Below are positions 37,078 through 47,126 of a stretch of DNA of 64,000 bases, in pieces; within the stretch, counting starts at the first letter, position 1; each line of letters opens with the position of its first letter. The notes below the pieces were generated by a model. The model had not been told where the DNA came from, did not search any database, and worked only from the letters and a program-made list of their open reading frames with translations. This stretch comes from a virus. Its lineage: Duplodnaviria; Caudoviricetes. A program made the translations under genes and the position numbers. The stretch is taken from IMG/VR virus record IMGVR_UViG_3300003965_000013, positions 3,540 to 67,539 of that record; one strand, 5' to 3'.

Positions 37078-38217
37078 ATGCCGGATTTAAGTGCATATAT
37101 CAACTTTACGGTGCGATTTGACTACACGCAAAACAAATTTGTTTTGACGGATACGGGCACCTATCCCGGCGGTGTGGCTAATAACCTGATTGGCATTTTT
37201 GATATTACGCACCCTGACCAGATAAGAGAAGATGGGGCGTGGGCAACTCCTGATATTTCATGGGGCGGCAGCGCTTTAACAACCGGGCTGAGGGATTTGC
37301 GAAGAAACGCACAGAACAAACCACAGTGCGGCACTTACATCTTTAAGTACACAATTGACCATCCGAGTTATACTCCTACGGTGCTTACCAAAACCGTGAA
37401 TTTTCAATACGTGCCCGTTACGGGTGTGATTACTAAAAGTTTTGATGTGTTTACGCCACAGTTGAGGGCGCTTGACAATGTGAACTATGGCATTAGTGGT
37501 TACACAATTGCCAGCACGGTAAGAAGCTGGGTGGCTACGGTGGGAACAGTGGGCACGGTTACCGGAAGTACAGCCACGCTTGACCTTGCTATTGCAGGTG
37601 TTTATTACGATGCGGCTTATACCATTGCGCTGAGCACTACGCTGGTTTACAACAACAGCAATGATACGTGGGTGAGCATTAAAGATGTGGTGGCAAGTAC
37701 ATTGAACACCCAAGCAAACACACCGCCCGATACCTGCAGCTTACTTGCTTACTTGAATACCATTAAACAGCGGGCCGATGATCTTGCTGCTTCCTGCCAG
37801 CCGTATGAGGCAGCAAAGAAAGCCTATGAGTATGCAGCTAATTTGTATTTCCACATTTTAGAGCGGTTGAAAGCCGGTAGTACAACGGGTGTGATTGATT
37901 ATGTAAATGAGTTTTTGACCATTTACTATAACGCCGCTCCCGCTTATGTTAACACCAATACAGCGATAGCCCCTTATGTTTTTTGCTATGCGGTTACGGC
38001 CGGTGATGTTACAAAGTTTTTTGTAACCATGAGTACAACGGCCCCCAGTTATACGAATGCTGTGTTTAGCGGCAAAAGTATTTTAATGACCGCTAATGAG
38101 GGCATGGTGCTGAGAGATACGGATATAAGTTTAACGGGCAGCACTGTAAGTAAAACGAATGTAGGTGATGAATTTGTAGCGGGAACTTGGTATTTGTTTT
38201 TATTAAAAGAAAGTTGA
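37078..38217 (+). CDS. Tail/fibre-hub structural protein
   Basis: Thr/Val-rich beta protein at the start of the tail fibre locus. Confidence 0.55.
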   Translation: MPDLSAYINFTVRFDYTQNKFVLTDTGTYPGGVANNLIGIFDITHPDQIREDGAWATPDISWGGSALTTGLRDLRRNAQNKPQCGTYIFKYTIDHPSYTPTVLTKTVNFQYVPVTGVITKSFDVFTPQLRALDNVNYGISGYTIASTVRSWVATVGTVGTVTGSTATLDLAIAGVYYDAAYTIALSTTLVYNNSNDTWVSIKDVVASTLNTQANTPPDTCSLLAYLNTIKQRADDLAASCQPYEAAKKAYEYAANLYFHILERLKAGSTTGVIDYVNEFLTIYYNAAPAYVNTNTAIAPYVFCYAVTAGDVTKFFVTMSTTAPSYTNAVFSGKSILMTANEGMVLRDTDISLTGSTVSKTNVGDEFVAGTWYLFLLKES

Positions 38218-39461
38218 TGAAACAAGTTATAACGATATTGACTTTAGTGTGCAGCATGGCGGTGCAGGGGCAGAGTGTGATTGACGGGCAGTATTACCAA
38301 AACATGAGGAGGAATGATAAGATTGACCGGGTGCTGCATGACAGTATTATGGGGCTACCTCAAATACTTGCATCGAAAGGGAAGCGACCGGGATCATTGT
38401 TTTATAATATTTCTGACAGTTCTGTTTATGTGTGGACGGGTGTCCAGGCGCTAAAGATTGGGAGCGGCGGTTCATTTTCAGGAATAGATAGCGGAGCGTT
38501 TAGAAATATTGTTGCGTTAGGTGATAGCGGGTTGATTTTTGAGAGAGCTAACGGCATAAAAGATACAGTAATTTTTGCAAACGGTTCGGGCGGTGGTGGA
38601 GGCGGCGGTTCTACAGATACAACTTCTTTAAGTAATCGAATTAATCAAAAGCTAAATATAAGCGATACGGCTTCAATGCTAAATCCTTATATGCGAAAGG
38701 TAATTGATACAGGCACGATTGCAAACCGTCCTGTCTCTCCATTTATAGGACAACGTTATTACCAAACGGATGAGTTAGTAGGATTTTACAAATATACTCC
38801 GAGGGGTTGGCAATGGGAATACCCTGAAATGATTTACGATATAAAGTTCCACTCAATGACGGGAAGCACAAACCCAAGATTGACAACATTTACGGCTAAC
38901 GGTGGTTTTGTAGGTGCTTTTAATGCTTATCCGTTGGGCATGAACGAAAGTGCCATATTTGTTACAGGCACTAACTCTAACGGTGTTTCAGGATTTAGGT
39001 TAAACACATCGCAAAGTGTTCCGAGTTTTTCTATGAGTACCCGTTACATGGTAATGCAGCATAGAGTTGTTTTTTCTCATACATCTAACTCCACAGACAG
39101 ATTTGTTTTTTATGCAGGTTCAAGAGATGTTGAGCAAACAGACGGCACATCTAACTCTATTTTTTGGAGATACACTGACACATTAAATAGTGGTAACTGG
39201 CAGTTAGTTATTGTAGATGGGGGCGGTACAACAACAATAAATACAAGTACGGCGGTTGATGATTCAACAATTTATAATCTGGTAGTTCAAAAAGAACCAA
39301 CGTTTATAAGAGCTTTTATTAACGGTACAAAAGTAGGTGAAGCGGTATTAACAGAGCCTGCAACTGTTTTTCCTGTATTAATGAACGCTGCGATAGTTAA
39401 GCGAAGCGGCACAGCAGAAAGAAGATTTTTAATAGATAAAATTAGATTGTATGAGTATTAA
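38217..39461 (+). CDS. Tail fibre-like protein with N-terminal signal peptide
   Basis: MKQVITILTLVCSMAVQG-Q; Gly linker; lectin-like C-terminus. Confidence 0.6.
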   Translation: MKQVITILTLVCSMAVQGQSVIDGQYYQNMRRNDKIDRVLHDSIMGLPQILASKGKRPGSLFYNISDSSVYVWTGVQALKIGSGGSFSGIDSGAFRNIVALGDSGLIFERANGIKDTVIFANGSGGGGGGGSTDTTSLSNRINQKLNISDTASMLNPYMRKVIDTGTIANRPVSPFIGQRYYQTDELVGFYKYTPRGWQWEYPEMIYDIKFHSMTGSTNPRLTTFTANGGFVGAFNAYPLGMNESAIFVTGTNSNGVSGFRLNTSQSVPSFSMSTRYMVMQHRVVFSHTSNSTDRFVFYAGSRDVEQTDGTSNSIFWRYTDTLNSGNWQLVIVDGGGTTTINTSTAVDDSTIYNLVVQKEPTFIRAFINGTKVGEAVLTEPATVFPVLMNAAIVKRSGTAERRFLIDKIRLYEY

Positions 39462-39843
39462 GTATCGTATCACTTCAGGTCAGAATACGTATGATTTTAA
39501 TACGATGCAACTGGCCGAAGATTGGAAGCAAAGGAATAATTCAAACCTACCTATCACAGAAGTAGAAGTTGCTGATGTGGTAGTAAAAGAACCCGTACCG
39601 CAATCAGTTCCACTTTGGTGTTTAAGAACAGTGTTAAGGTCAATGAACTTATTACAACCTGTTAAAGATACCATTGCTGCAATGCCTGACGGGGTACAAA
39701 AGATTGCAGCCGAGGAAGGCATAGAATACAGTAATACGGTGTTAAGAAGTTCACCAACTACCTTATTTATTAAACAGGTGTTGAACTTAACCGATGAACA
39801 GGTAGATGAAATTTTTATAAACGCAGATAAAGTAGAAGCATGA
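39451..39843 (+). CDS. Tail fibre-associated chaperone-like protein
   Basis: VPQSVPLWCLR...EYSNTVLRSSP...LNLTDEQVDEIF pattern common after fibre genes. Confidence 0.5.
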   Translation: MSIKYRITSGQNTYDFNTMQLAEDWKQRNNSNLPITEVEVADVVVKEPVPQSVPLWCLRTVLRSMNLLQPVKDTIAAMPDGVQKIAAEEGIEYSNTVLRSSPTTLFIKQVLNLTDEQVDEIFINADKVEA

Positions 39844-42134
39844 AATATTTAGTAGCGATATTATTTTTACTGATTGGATTAAGCACACAAGCGCAGCAAA
39901 GAATTGTAATTGAAAACTTAGCGGCGGTTGACAGTGCATGGATAAGCGGCGGTAATTTATTTTACAGGAAAAACGGTAACACGTTCAATGCAGGAAGCGT
40001 TGGCGGCACAGCACCTGTAACAAGTGTGTTCGGAAGGACGGGAGTTATCACAGCGCAAAGCGGTGATTACGCTTCATTTTATCAGCCACTTAATTTAAAG
40101 CTCACTAATTTCTCCGATTTAGTAAACGGCACAGGATGGTTGTACAACAACGGTTCGGGAACATATTCATGGAGCAATCCATTTCCTTCTGATACCTCAC
40201 TATCTATTAACAACAGGATATTAGCCGCCGGCACAACATACACGGCGGGGAATGGTTTAACGTTAAGTGGGAATCAGTTTAAGTTAGGCGGTACAATATC
40301 AGAAAATACAACAATAACAACGCCTTCAAGTTATAATTTTAAAATAACCCAAAGCCTGTACGAAAATTCTTCAGGCAATTACTATACAACTTTTTTAGGA
40401 AAGTTTACAACTACAGATTTAGGTGACAATGTTGATTTATTTGGATTCAAAGATGATTCCTATTCAAGCTACTTAGGCTTTCATCCAAATAACGGAACTG
40501 TAATAAAGGGTTTATTTATTTTTAAGAACCTATCTGGTACGACATCCGATACCTCTACATATAAACCATTAGGCATATCGGCAACAGGCGGCATAAGACC
40601 TTTGGAATACTGGCCTTCTGGTTCTGGCAGCGGCTTCCCTTCCGACACATCCTTATCCATCAACAACCGCATCTTAGCCCGTTTTCCGTCTGATAGCTCC
40701 TTATCAATAGGCAACAGGTTTTTAGGTAAGCAGGATTTACTTGTAAGCGGTACTAATATAAAAACAATCAACAGTACAAGTTTATTAGGCAGCGGTAATA
40801 TTTCAATATTCCCAAGTGATACCTCTGCCTCAATCAATAACCGTTTCTTTTCTTATACCACACGCTCTGAGTTTTTAGATAGTATGGCCGCAATGGGTAA
40901 CATCACTATCAACTCACAGTTTGCGCCTATTGCTACACAAACAGGAGCAGACATATTCATTCACTCACTGGCACATACCAGCATGAGCAACCTGCTTACT
41001 ATTGATAGTGCCGTGGGTACTTACGGTAAGAATTACAGGTACACCATCAATCAGGGCAACTTTAGTTTATCATCTTTAGGTGGTAGTTTAAATCCTTCTC
41101 AGATAGCGCAAAGCGGGGCTACAAGCGGGCAGGTTCTTAAATGGAATGGCAGTGCATGGGCACCCGGTACAGATAATACAGGCGGCGGCGGATCTTCTTT
41201 AACCACACAATCCGTAACAGGTACAGGCGCAGTGGGTGATAGCATTAAGTTAGTGAACGATGCGGCCAGCCCCGGCAACAATCAGGTGTATGGCACAAAC
41301 GGAAGCGGTACAAAAGGATGGCAACAAACAGAAGTAGTAAATAAAACATCTATTGCGACAGGTGATTTGCTCCAATGGGATAACACCAACAGCGAATGGG
41401 ATAACGTAAAGTTAGACAGCATACTGAAAAAGCGGTTTGAGTATCAAACAAGAGTTGCATACGATTACCATAATGAATTTATAAACACAGTAGGAACTGC
41501 TGCACCTGGTGCAGATGTGGTGGCTTTAAACAGTGGTGCAAGTGCAGCTACATCAGCACAAACAACTGATGCTACAAACCGTGTAGGTTTAGTAAGAACT
41601 ACTACAGGTACAACCGCTACGGGCAGAAGCTATGTAAACACTGCATCAGCAGCCATCCGTTTAGGCGGCGGTTGGTGGAAGTATGAAACAATGGTAAACG
41701 TTACAACCTTATCAACAGGAACAGAACGCTATCAATTATTATTCGGATTCTTTGATACTTACACAGCAGCAAATCAGGTTGATGGAGTTTATTTTCTTTA
41801 TGATGAAGGCGGTGTGAGTACAAGTAGTGCTGCAAGTGCTAACTGGCAGATAGTAACGGCATCCAACAGCGCAAGAACATTTACAACTACATCCACAGCG
41901 GTAAGTGCCGCTACATGGGTACGATTAACTGTTATAGTAAACGCTGATGCTACTTCTGCACAGTTTTTTGTAAATGGCACATCGGTTGGGGTTCACTCCA
42001 CAAACATACCATCGGGCACGGGCCGTGAATTAGGATTTGGCTGGGGTATGATTAAGAGTGTGGGTACAACAGCAAGAACACTGGATGTGGATTATTTAAG
42101 CACACAATTAATATTTACAACCACAAGACAATGA
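39840..42134 (+). CDS. Tail fibre-like protein with signal peptide and internal repeats
   Basis: MKYLVAILFLLIGLSTQA-Q; VTSVFGRTG, YTAGNGL, SGQVLKWNGSAW fibre motifs. Confidence 0.7.
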   Translation: MKYLVAILFLLIGLSTQAQQRIVIENLAAVDSAWISGGNLFYRKNGNTFNAGSVGGTAPVTSVFGRTGVITAQSGDYASFYQPLNLKLTNFSDLVNGTGWLYNNGSGTYSWSNPFPSDTSLSINNRILAAGTTYTAGNGLTLSGNQFKLGGTISENTTITTPSSYNFKITQSLYENSSGNYYTTFLGKFTTTDLGDNVDLFGFKDDSYSSYLGFHPNNGTVIKGLFIFKNLSGTTSDTSTYKPLGISATGGIRPLEYWPSGSGSGFPSDTSLSINNRILARFPSDSSLSIGNRFLGKQDLLVSGTNIKTINSTSLLGSGNISIFPSDTSASINNRFFSYTTRSEFLDSMAAMGNITINSQFAPIATQTGADIFIHSLAHTSMSNLLTIDSAVGTYGKNYRYTINQGNFSLSSLGGSLNPSQIAQSGATSGQVLKWNGSAWAPGTDNTGGGGSSLTTQSVTGTGAVGDSIKLVNDAASPGNNQVYGTNGSGTKGWQQTEVVNKTSIATGDLLQWDNTNSEWDNVKLDSILKKRFEYQTRVAYDYHNEFINTVGTAAPGADVVALNSGASAATSAQTTDATNRVGLVRTTTGTTATGRSYVNTASAAIRLGGGWWKYETMVNVTTLSTGTERYQLLFGFFDTYTAANQVDGVYFLYDEGGVSTSSAASANWQIVTASNSARTFTTTSTAVSAATWVRLTVIVNADATSAQFFVNGTSVGVHSTNIPSGTGRELGFGWGMIKSVGTTARTLDVDYLSTQLIFTTTRQ

Positions 42135-42820
42135 GGTTAATACTTACCATACTTTTTTTAATCAATGTTGCTTTTGCTCAAAACCCGATTGGGTTGAGCA
42201 GAACAGGTTACCCACAAGTAGTAGCTCAGTTCAATTTCACATATACAGGCTTCCCGTCTAACGTGCCTGATTGGGTTACTATGATGGGAGACCCTTACAC
42301 AGCCGTTGTAACGGGTAATGATTCAAGAAGCGGTTCAACTATTACGTGTAGTACAGTGGGTACAGGTTCAAGCAACTGGAACTGGAATGGAATTTCGGCG
42401 GCAGGATGGGTAATTATTGATTTGCAAAACTCTGATTTCCCTATTGAATGCGGTAGTGGTTATTATTTTAATCAATCTACTACCTATCCGGCAGGGGGGA
42501 ATATGAGGTTTAGTGGATTAAATACAGCAGGAACTTATACACTTGAAATATTAATGGTTCGTCCGCAGGTTACAGATAACAGGCTTTCGTTAATAGCCTG
42601 TATTGATAACGGAGGCACTGAAACTATCAATGACATAAACGTAGCACCTTCAACAAACAATTTCGGCACTATCAGGAATCAAAAAATATCAACTGGTACT
42701 ATTTACCGGTTTACAGGTAAAGTTCCAAACGGGAGCGGCGAGATTTCATTGGGAATTGCGGCTGCCCCGGCAAACACATTCGGTTATATAAATGCAGTAA
42801 GAATAATCAGAACATCATGA
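42131..42820 (+). CDS. Secreted-type beta-sandwich protein
   Basis: MRLILTILFLINVAFA-Q. Confidence 0.65.
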   Translation: MRLILTILFLINVAFAQNPIGLSRTGYPQVVAQFNFTYTGFPSNVPDWVTMMGDPYTAVVTGNDSRSGSTITCSTVGTGSSNWNWNGISAAGWVIIDLQNSDFPIECGSGYYFNQSTTYPAGGNMRFSGLNTAGTYTLEILMVRPQVTDNRLSLIACIDNGGTETINDINVAPSTNNFGTIRNQKISTGTIYRFTGKVPNGSGEISLGIAAAPANTFGYINAVRIIRTS

Positions 42821-45003
42821 GATTTTTATTAACCATATTCTTTTATCTCGTATCGCAATTTGCGATAGCACAACATACGTCACCGCTTGTAAATGCAGGT
42901 AGTGATATAAACCTTACGTTACCCGTAAACAGTACATCAGCAAGCGCAAGTGTTACGTATTATGACGGTGCTACAATGGTTTCACAGTTGTGGACGAAGG
43001 TTCAAACGCCACGGCAGCAGACATACTCTATTGTGATTATCGGCAGTTCTACAGCACAGGGTTTTGGAGTAACTACGGCAGAATATTTTGGCACTAAGTT
43101 ATCATCTTATTATAAGCCTTTAGGATTAGTTGATAGCGTTTACAACGCAGGTGAGGGTGGGCAAACCATATTTGGAGCTTCTATCACAGGCCGTTTAAAT
43201 ATCGGCGGTTCGCATCAAAGAAAAATAATCATTCTTTCTTACCCGTCTAACGGTTACAACGGCAGCACTTATACAGATGCACAGATATTAAACCGATTCA
43301 GAGAGTGGAGGGATAGTATTGTAAACAGAGGTTATGAGTACATCGTAATGGGTACGCAACCCCGTGAAGATTTTAGTGCGGGAGACAGAACACGATTAAA
43401 CAGGCTGAACGATTCTTTGATACTTATTTTCGGTACAAGGTTCGCCAATGTGATGAAGATAGGCAAAAACACAGGAAACGACCTTTGGAAAACAACAATG
43501 ACCATTGGCGACCAAGTACATGGTAACGGTACGTTTCACACGGAAATTAATAACCTAATTCGTGCAATCAATCCTTTCAGATACATAGCTGAAAACTTCG
43601 ACAAAATAAGAAGCAGCACATCTACATCAACAGCCATTGATTCTTTAAGTTACAAAGGAAAACATCTTTACCAGTTTAGTGTAGTTGATAGTGATGGACA
43701 CGGCGGCAGTGATATTGTGGCGGTAAACGCAAACAGTTCATGCTCCGGCACCGCTTACACCGTTGGAGCTTATTACTACAACACCAATGGAGCAGCCCTA
43801 CAACCCGGCGATACTTTATTCCTTGACGGCAATAACCTGTACGCTCAGTTTGAGTTATTTAATGCTACAGGTACGGCTGGCTGTCCTATTACCATTATGA
43901 ATACCAATAAGCAGGTAACGTATCGAAATTGGGCTAATCCGGGAACAGGTTATTTTAACCTTTACTCCTGCAAGTATGTAAACGTTACAGGTACGGGAAG
44001 TAAAGACAACTACGGCATCGTATCACAACCTTATAGTAATGACAGCGTTTTAAACAGCCTGATCTCTTTTTCTCTTGACGGGAAAAGTAAGCGTGTTACC
44101 TATAGTAATATCCTTGCCCGTAATACAGGTATGGGTTTTTCAATAAAGGACGAAGGCCGTTGTGACAGCAGTTTCAACTACCCTTTATGGACAATAGACA
44201 GTATCACTATCCGCAACTGTGCTGCTATAAAAACATGGAACCAGGGTTTTTATGTGGGCAATACTTCACCTGATAACCGGTTAGGCGGCTATGACGAAAG
44301 ACCTGTAAACTGTAGTGGCACCACGAAATACCCTATGCCTGCACGTATGGGCAATATCAGAATCTTTAACTGCATCACAGACAGTACAGGCCGTGCCGGT
44401 ATTCAGTTATCAAGCGCCAGTAAAGGTTACAGCTACATCTATAACAATATAGTAAAGCACTCAGGCATCGGCGGCGATCAGGCACAGTGGGGTGGTATTG
44501 TGGTAGGCAACTATACGCAGGCATCTATCTTCGGTAATACAGTTGTATGCACGATGGGTTGGGGCATTGCTTCCAGCGGCTCTTGCGGCCCTAAGCCTTT
44601 AGAGATTTACGACAACTATGTTGACAGTGCAGGGTATCTTAACTACTTCCAGTTCTGGGGCCGCAGCCCTGAAGCGATCAGGTACAGCACCGATCCCGTT
44701 TACACCAATAATCTCACCACCAATATTTACAGCATCTTCTTAGCCACCAGACAAACAGAGAACCCGGTGAATGACAGTACAGGTTTCAGGATTTACAATA
44801 ACAGGCTGGGGTTGATTAAAAACGTAACCAATATCGGTGCAGCGGATTACAGGAACACATTCAGGAAGATCAACAATTTCATTTGTGGCAATACACGTAT
44901 CAGCAACGGAGCAGCGGCTACTTTTCAAAAGGAAGAGGCGCCGGCAATTAATTTCAATAACTGCCCTACTCCTAAGCGAAGAACGAGGTATAGAGCCAAT
45001 TAA
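42817..45003 (+). CDS. Signal peptide + PKD (split) + SGNH hydrolase + right-handed beta-helix protein
   Basis: VNAGSDINLTLP...WTKV / YQFSVVDSDG (PKD halves); IGSSTAQG, YNAGEGG, PSNG, DQVH (SGNH blocks); C-terminal beta-helix repeats. Confidence 0.75.
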   Translation: MRFLLTIFFYLVSQFAIAQHTSPLVNAGSDINLTLPVNSTSASASVTYYDGATMVSQLWTKVQTPRQQTYSIVIIGSSTAQGFGVTTAEYFGTKLSSYYKPLGLVDSVYNAGEGGQTIFGASITGRLNIGGSHQRKIIILSYPSNGYNGSTYTDAQILNRFREWRDSIVNRGYEYIVMGTQPREDFSAGDRTRLNRLNDSLILIFGTRFANVMKIGKNTGNDLWKTTMTIGDQVHGNGTFHTEINNLIRAINPFRYIAENFDKIRSSTSTSTAIDSLSYKGKHLYQFSVVDSDGHGGSDIVAVNANSSCSGTAYTVGAYYYNTNGAALQPGDTLFLDGNNLYAQFELFNATGTAGCPITIMNTNKQVTYRNWANPGTGYFNLYSCKYVNVTGTGSKDNYGIVSQPYSNDSVLNSLISFSLDGKSKRVTYSNILARNTGMGFSIKDEGRCDSSFNYPLWTIDSITIRNCAAIKTWNQGFYVGNTSPDNRLGGYDERPVNCSGTTKYPMPARMGNIRIFNCITDSTGRAGIQLSSASKGYSYIYNNIVKHSGIGGDQAQWGGIVVGNYTQASIFGNTVVCTMGWGIASSGSCGPKPLEIYDNYVDSAGYLNYFQFWGRSPEAIRYSTDPVYTNNLTTNIYSIFLATRQTENPVNDSTGFRIYNNRLGLIKNVTNIGAADYRNTFRKINNFICGNTRISNGAAATFQKEEAPAINFNNCPTPKRRTRYRAN

Positions 45004-45094
45004 TGAAAGCAATCAGTAAACAGCTCAAAACAATAATAAGCGCAAGCGGGAGGTAATTTAAAAAACGTTTCACAGGTAAAAGTTACTAAAAAAG

Positions 45095-45382
45095 ATGGAA
45101 AGTCAGCTCACAATAGAAGAAAGGCAAAAGTTCTGGCAGGCTATAGATCAGATGAATGAAGCCAATAAAAAGATTGAAAAAATTTACGTATTGCTTGCAG
45201 GTGATGAGGCTTTGCATCAGGAAGGGTTGATTGAGCGGGTGATAAAACTGGAGACGGAAGTAAACTCAATGAAAGAGCAGATGCAGAAAGCTAAAGGCTG
45301 GATTGCAGGGGCTTTATTTGTTGGTTCTATTGTTGGTAGCGGATTGACATTATTTATCAAATACTTAATAAGCAAAACATGA
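45095..45382 (+). CDS. Coiled-coil protein with C-terminal TM (lysis region)
   Basis: 95 aa; GWIAGALFVGSIVGSGLTLFI. Confidence 0.55.
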   Translation: MESQLTIEERQKFWQAIDQMNEANKKIEKIYVLLAGDEALHQEGLIERVIKLETEVNSMKEQMQKAKGWIAGALFVGSIVGSGLTLFIKYLISKT

Positions 45383-45687
45383 TACACTTTGAACTTTATT
45401 TGTTAGGAGCCGCAGGTGTGGCTATTCACTATTTTAAAGATTGGGTAAACCATAACAACAAAGGGTTGAGCTACGGATGGCAGAAAGCTGTTCCTATGGC
45501 GGCGCTCTCTTTGTTAACAACATGGCTGCTTGTATATCTCCGTGAAGATATTGCAGACCTTTTTGTAATAACTCCGTTCTCTACAGTTGTACTCGGTTAC
45601 TTTGGTAACAGTGTATTCTTCTCATTTGTGGAGGCGAAAAAACCAAAAACAAAACCAGATGACAGCGAACAACAACCTGGGGTTTGA
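45379..45687 (+). CDS. Putative holin
   Basis: 102 aa with three hydrophobic segments and a charged C-terminus. Confidence 0.55.
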   Translation: MIHFELYLLGAAGVAIHYFKDWVNHNNKGLSYGWQKAVPMAALSLLTTWLLVYLREDIADLFVITPFSTVVLGYFGNSVFFSFVEAKKPKTKPDDSEQQPGV

Positions 45688-46237
45688 ACCCGGTAACTGG
45701 AATTTTAAAACGGTATCAGCAATATGTATGCTGCTGATACTTCTTTTCTATGCTTTATCGCACAGCAGTTGTAACCCGGTACGCCGTGTGCTGCTTGATG
45801 ACGAGAAGTACAAGATTGTAACAGATAAGTTTGTGAGCGAAGGCGGATGTGTAAATGACACCATCTTTTCAAGCGATACGACCGTTTTGCTTGACACGCT
45901 TTATTCTCTTGATTTCAAAACCGATACTGTTTACATAGATGATGTAAAGACAGTGGTACGCACTGAATTTAAGACAGTAGAGAAACGTGTTATCATCAGA
46001 GATACAGCAGTAGTTACCGACAATTCACGCATAAATCTTCTACAGAAAGAAGTTAGTAAACATCTGGAGGATAAAAGTAAACTAAATGAAAAGATAGTAT
46101 CACTTCAGGATGATTTACAGGCGCAGAAAAAGAAAACGGGTAAGTGGAAGTTGTACTTCTGGATAATCCTTATTGTATCTATTACTATTCAATTCAGAAA
46201 GCCGATTCTCAGACTTATTTCACCATTAAAATTTTAA
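45659..46237 (+). CDS. Putative spanin-like membrane protein
   Basis: N-terminal TM ending HSSC, coiled coil, C-terminal TM. Confidence 0.45.
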   Translation: MTANNNLGFEPGNWNFKTVSAICMLLILLFYALSHSSCNPVRRVLLDDEKYKIVTDKFVSEGGCVNDTIFSSDTTVLLDTLYSLDFKTDTVYIDDVKTVVRTEFKTVEKRVIIRDTAVVTDNSRINLLQKEVSKHLEDKSKLNEKIVSLQDDLQAQKKKTGKWKLYFWIILIVSITIQFRKPILRLISPLKF

Positions 46238-46239
46238 TT

Positions 46240-46500
46240 ATGAACTGGAGTTTATTGTTATTCGTAGTGTTCGCCCTTATTGTGGTGGCACTTATTGACT
46301 TGGTAAAAGGTGGTACCGCTGCCGTTGTTAAAAATAAATACTGGTACGCACTCAGCCTGTTTACCTGTGGTTTGCTCGCTTATTTCATCAAGGAAGATAT
46401 TGTACAAAAGTTAATCCTGATCGGTTGCGCCATCGGGTTTGTACACATCTTCAAAGGGCTGAATAAAGTAAAAGGAGACACAAATATTTATAACCAATAA
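46240..46500 (+). CDS. Small membrane protein
   Basis: MNWSLLLFVV...; three TM-like segments. Confidence 0.65.
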   Translation: MNWSLLLFVVFALIVVALIDLVKGGTAAVVKNKYWYALSLFTCGLLAYFIKEDIVQKLILIGCAIGFVHIFKGLNKVKGDTNIYNQ

Positions 46501-46510
46501 AATTACTAAT

Positions 46511-46789
46511 ATGACTTTATTAGCACTCACAGCAGACTTTTGGATTATCACAACCTTTTGTTTTTGGAGCAGCTTTATCTGGCTGTTTTTTGCATGGAAG
46601 CAACACAGCGGCGGTTCTTACTATTGGAAGCGTGACCAATGGGGTAGGAGGATTGAGAAAGTATTTGATGGTAAAAAAATCCCTATCTACAAAACATCAA
46701 TGTTTTATATGTTCCTTATTCACATTGCATTTGGAACGGTAATTTTTGTTTTAGGAAATGATTATTGGGATTTGTGGTTTGGTAAATAA
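46511..46789 (+). CDS. Small membrane protein
   Basis: 92 aa, two TM-like segments. Confidence 0.65.
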   Translation: MTLLALTADFWIITTFCFWSSFIWLFFAWKQHSGGSYYWKRDQWGRRIEKVFDGKKIPIYKTSMFYMFLIHIAFGTVIFVLGNDYWDLWFGK

Positions 46790-46796
46790 TTTGAAT

Positions 46797-47126
46797 ATGA
46801 TTATCACATACCTGCTCATTTTTCTGGCGGCAGCCATGAATGCTATTATGGATCGCACAGAAAACATTGTAGCGTTTAACCGTTCCGTATTCAGTCATGC
46901 AGATAAGCGCTTTTGGTGCAAGGAAATAAGCTGGCAGTATGCCGCTAAGGTATTCGGCTGGAAAGCTGATGTCTGGCATATAGCCAAAAGCAGCATGATT
47001 ATACTCCTTGCTTTTGCAATGGTGTTTTTTGAAAGCACCGGCCATTGGTGGCTGGATATACTCGCCATCGGTGCCGCATGGAACGGCACGTTTAATTTAT
47101 TCTATCACAAAATTTTGTACAGGTGA
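46797..47126 (+). CDS. Membrane protein with D-x-WH motif
   Basis: AAAMNAIMD...KADVWHIAK. Confidence 0.65.
   Translation: MIITYLLIFLAAAMNAIMDRTENIVAFNRSVFSHADKRFWCKEISWQYAAKVFGWKADVWHIAKSSMIILLAFAMVFFESTGHWWLDILAIGAAWNGTFNLFYHKILYR

Noticed and set aside
37069-45003. Diversity-generating retroelement acting on tail fibres
   Set aside because: No reverse transcriptase and no template/variable repeat pair differing at adenines seen
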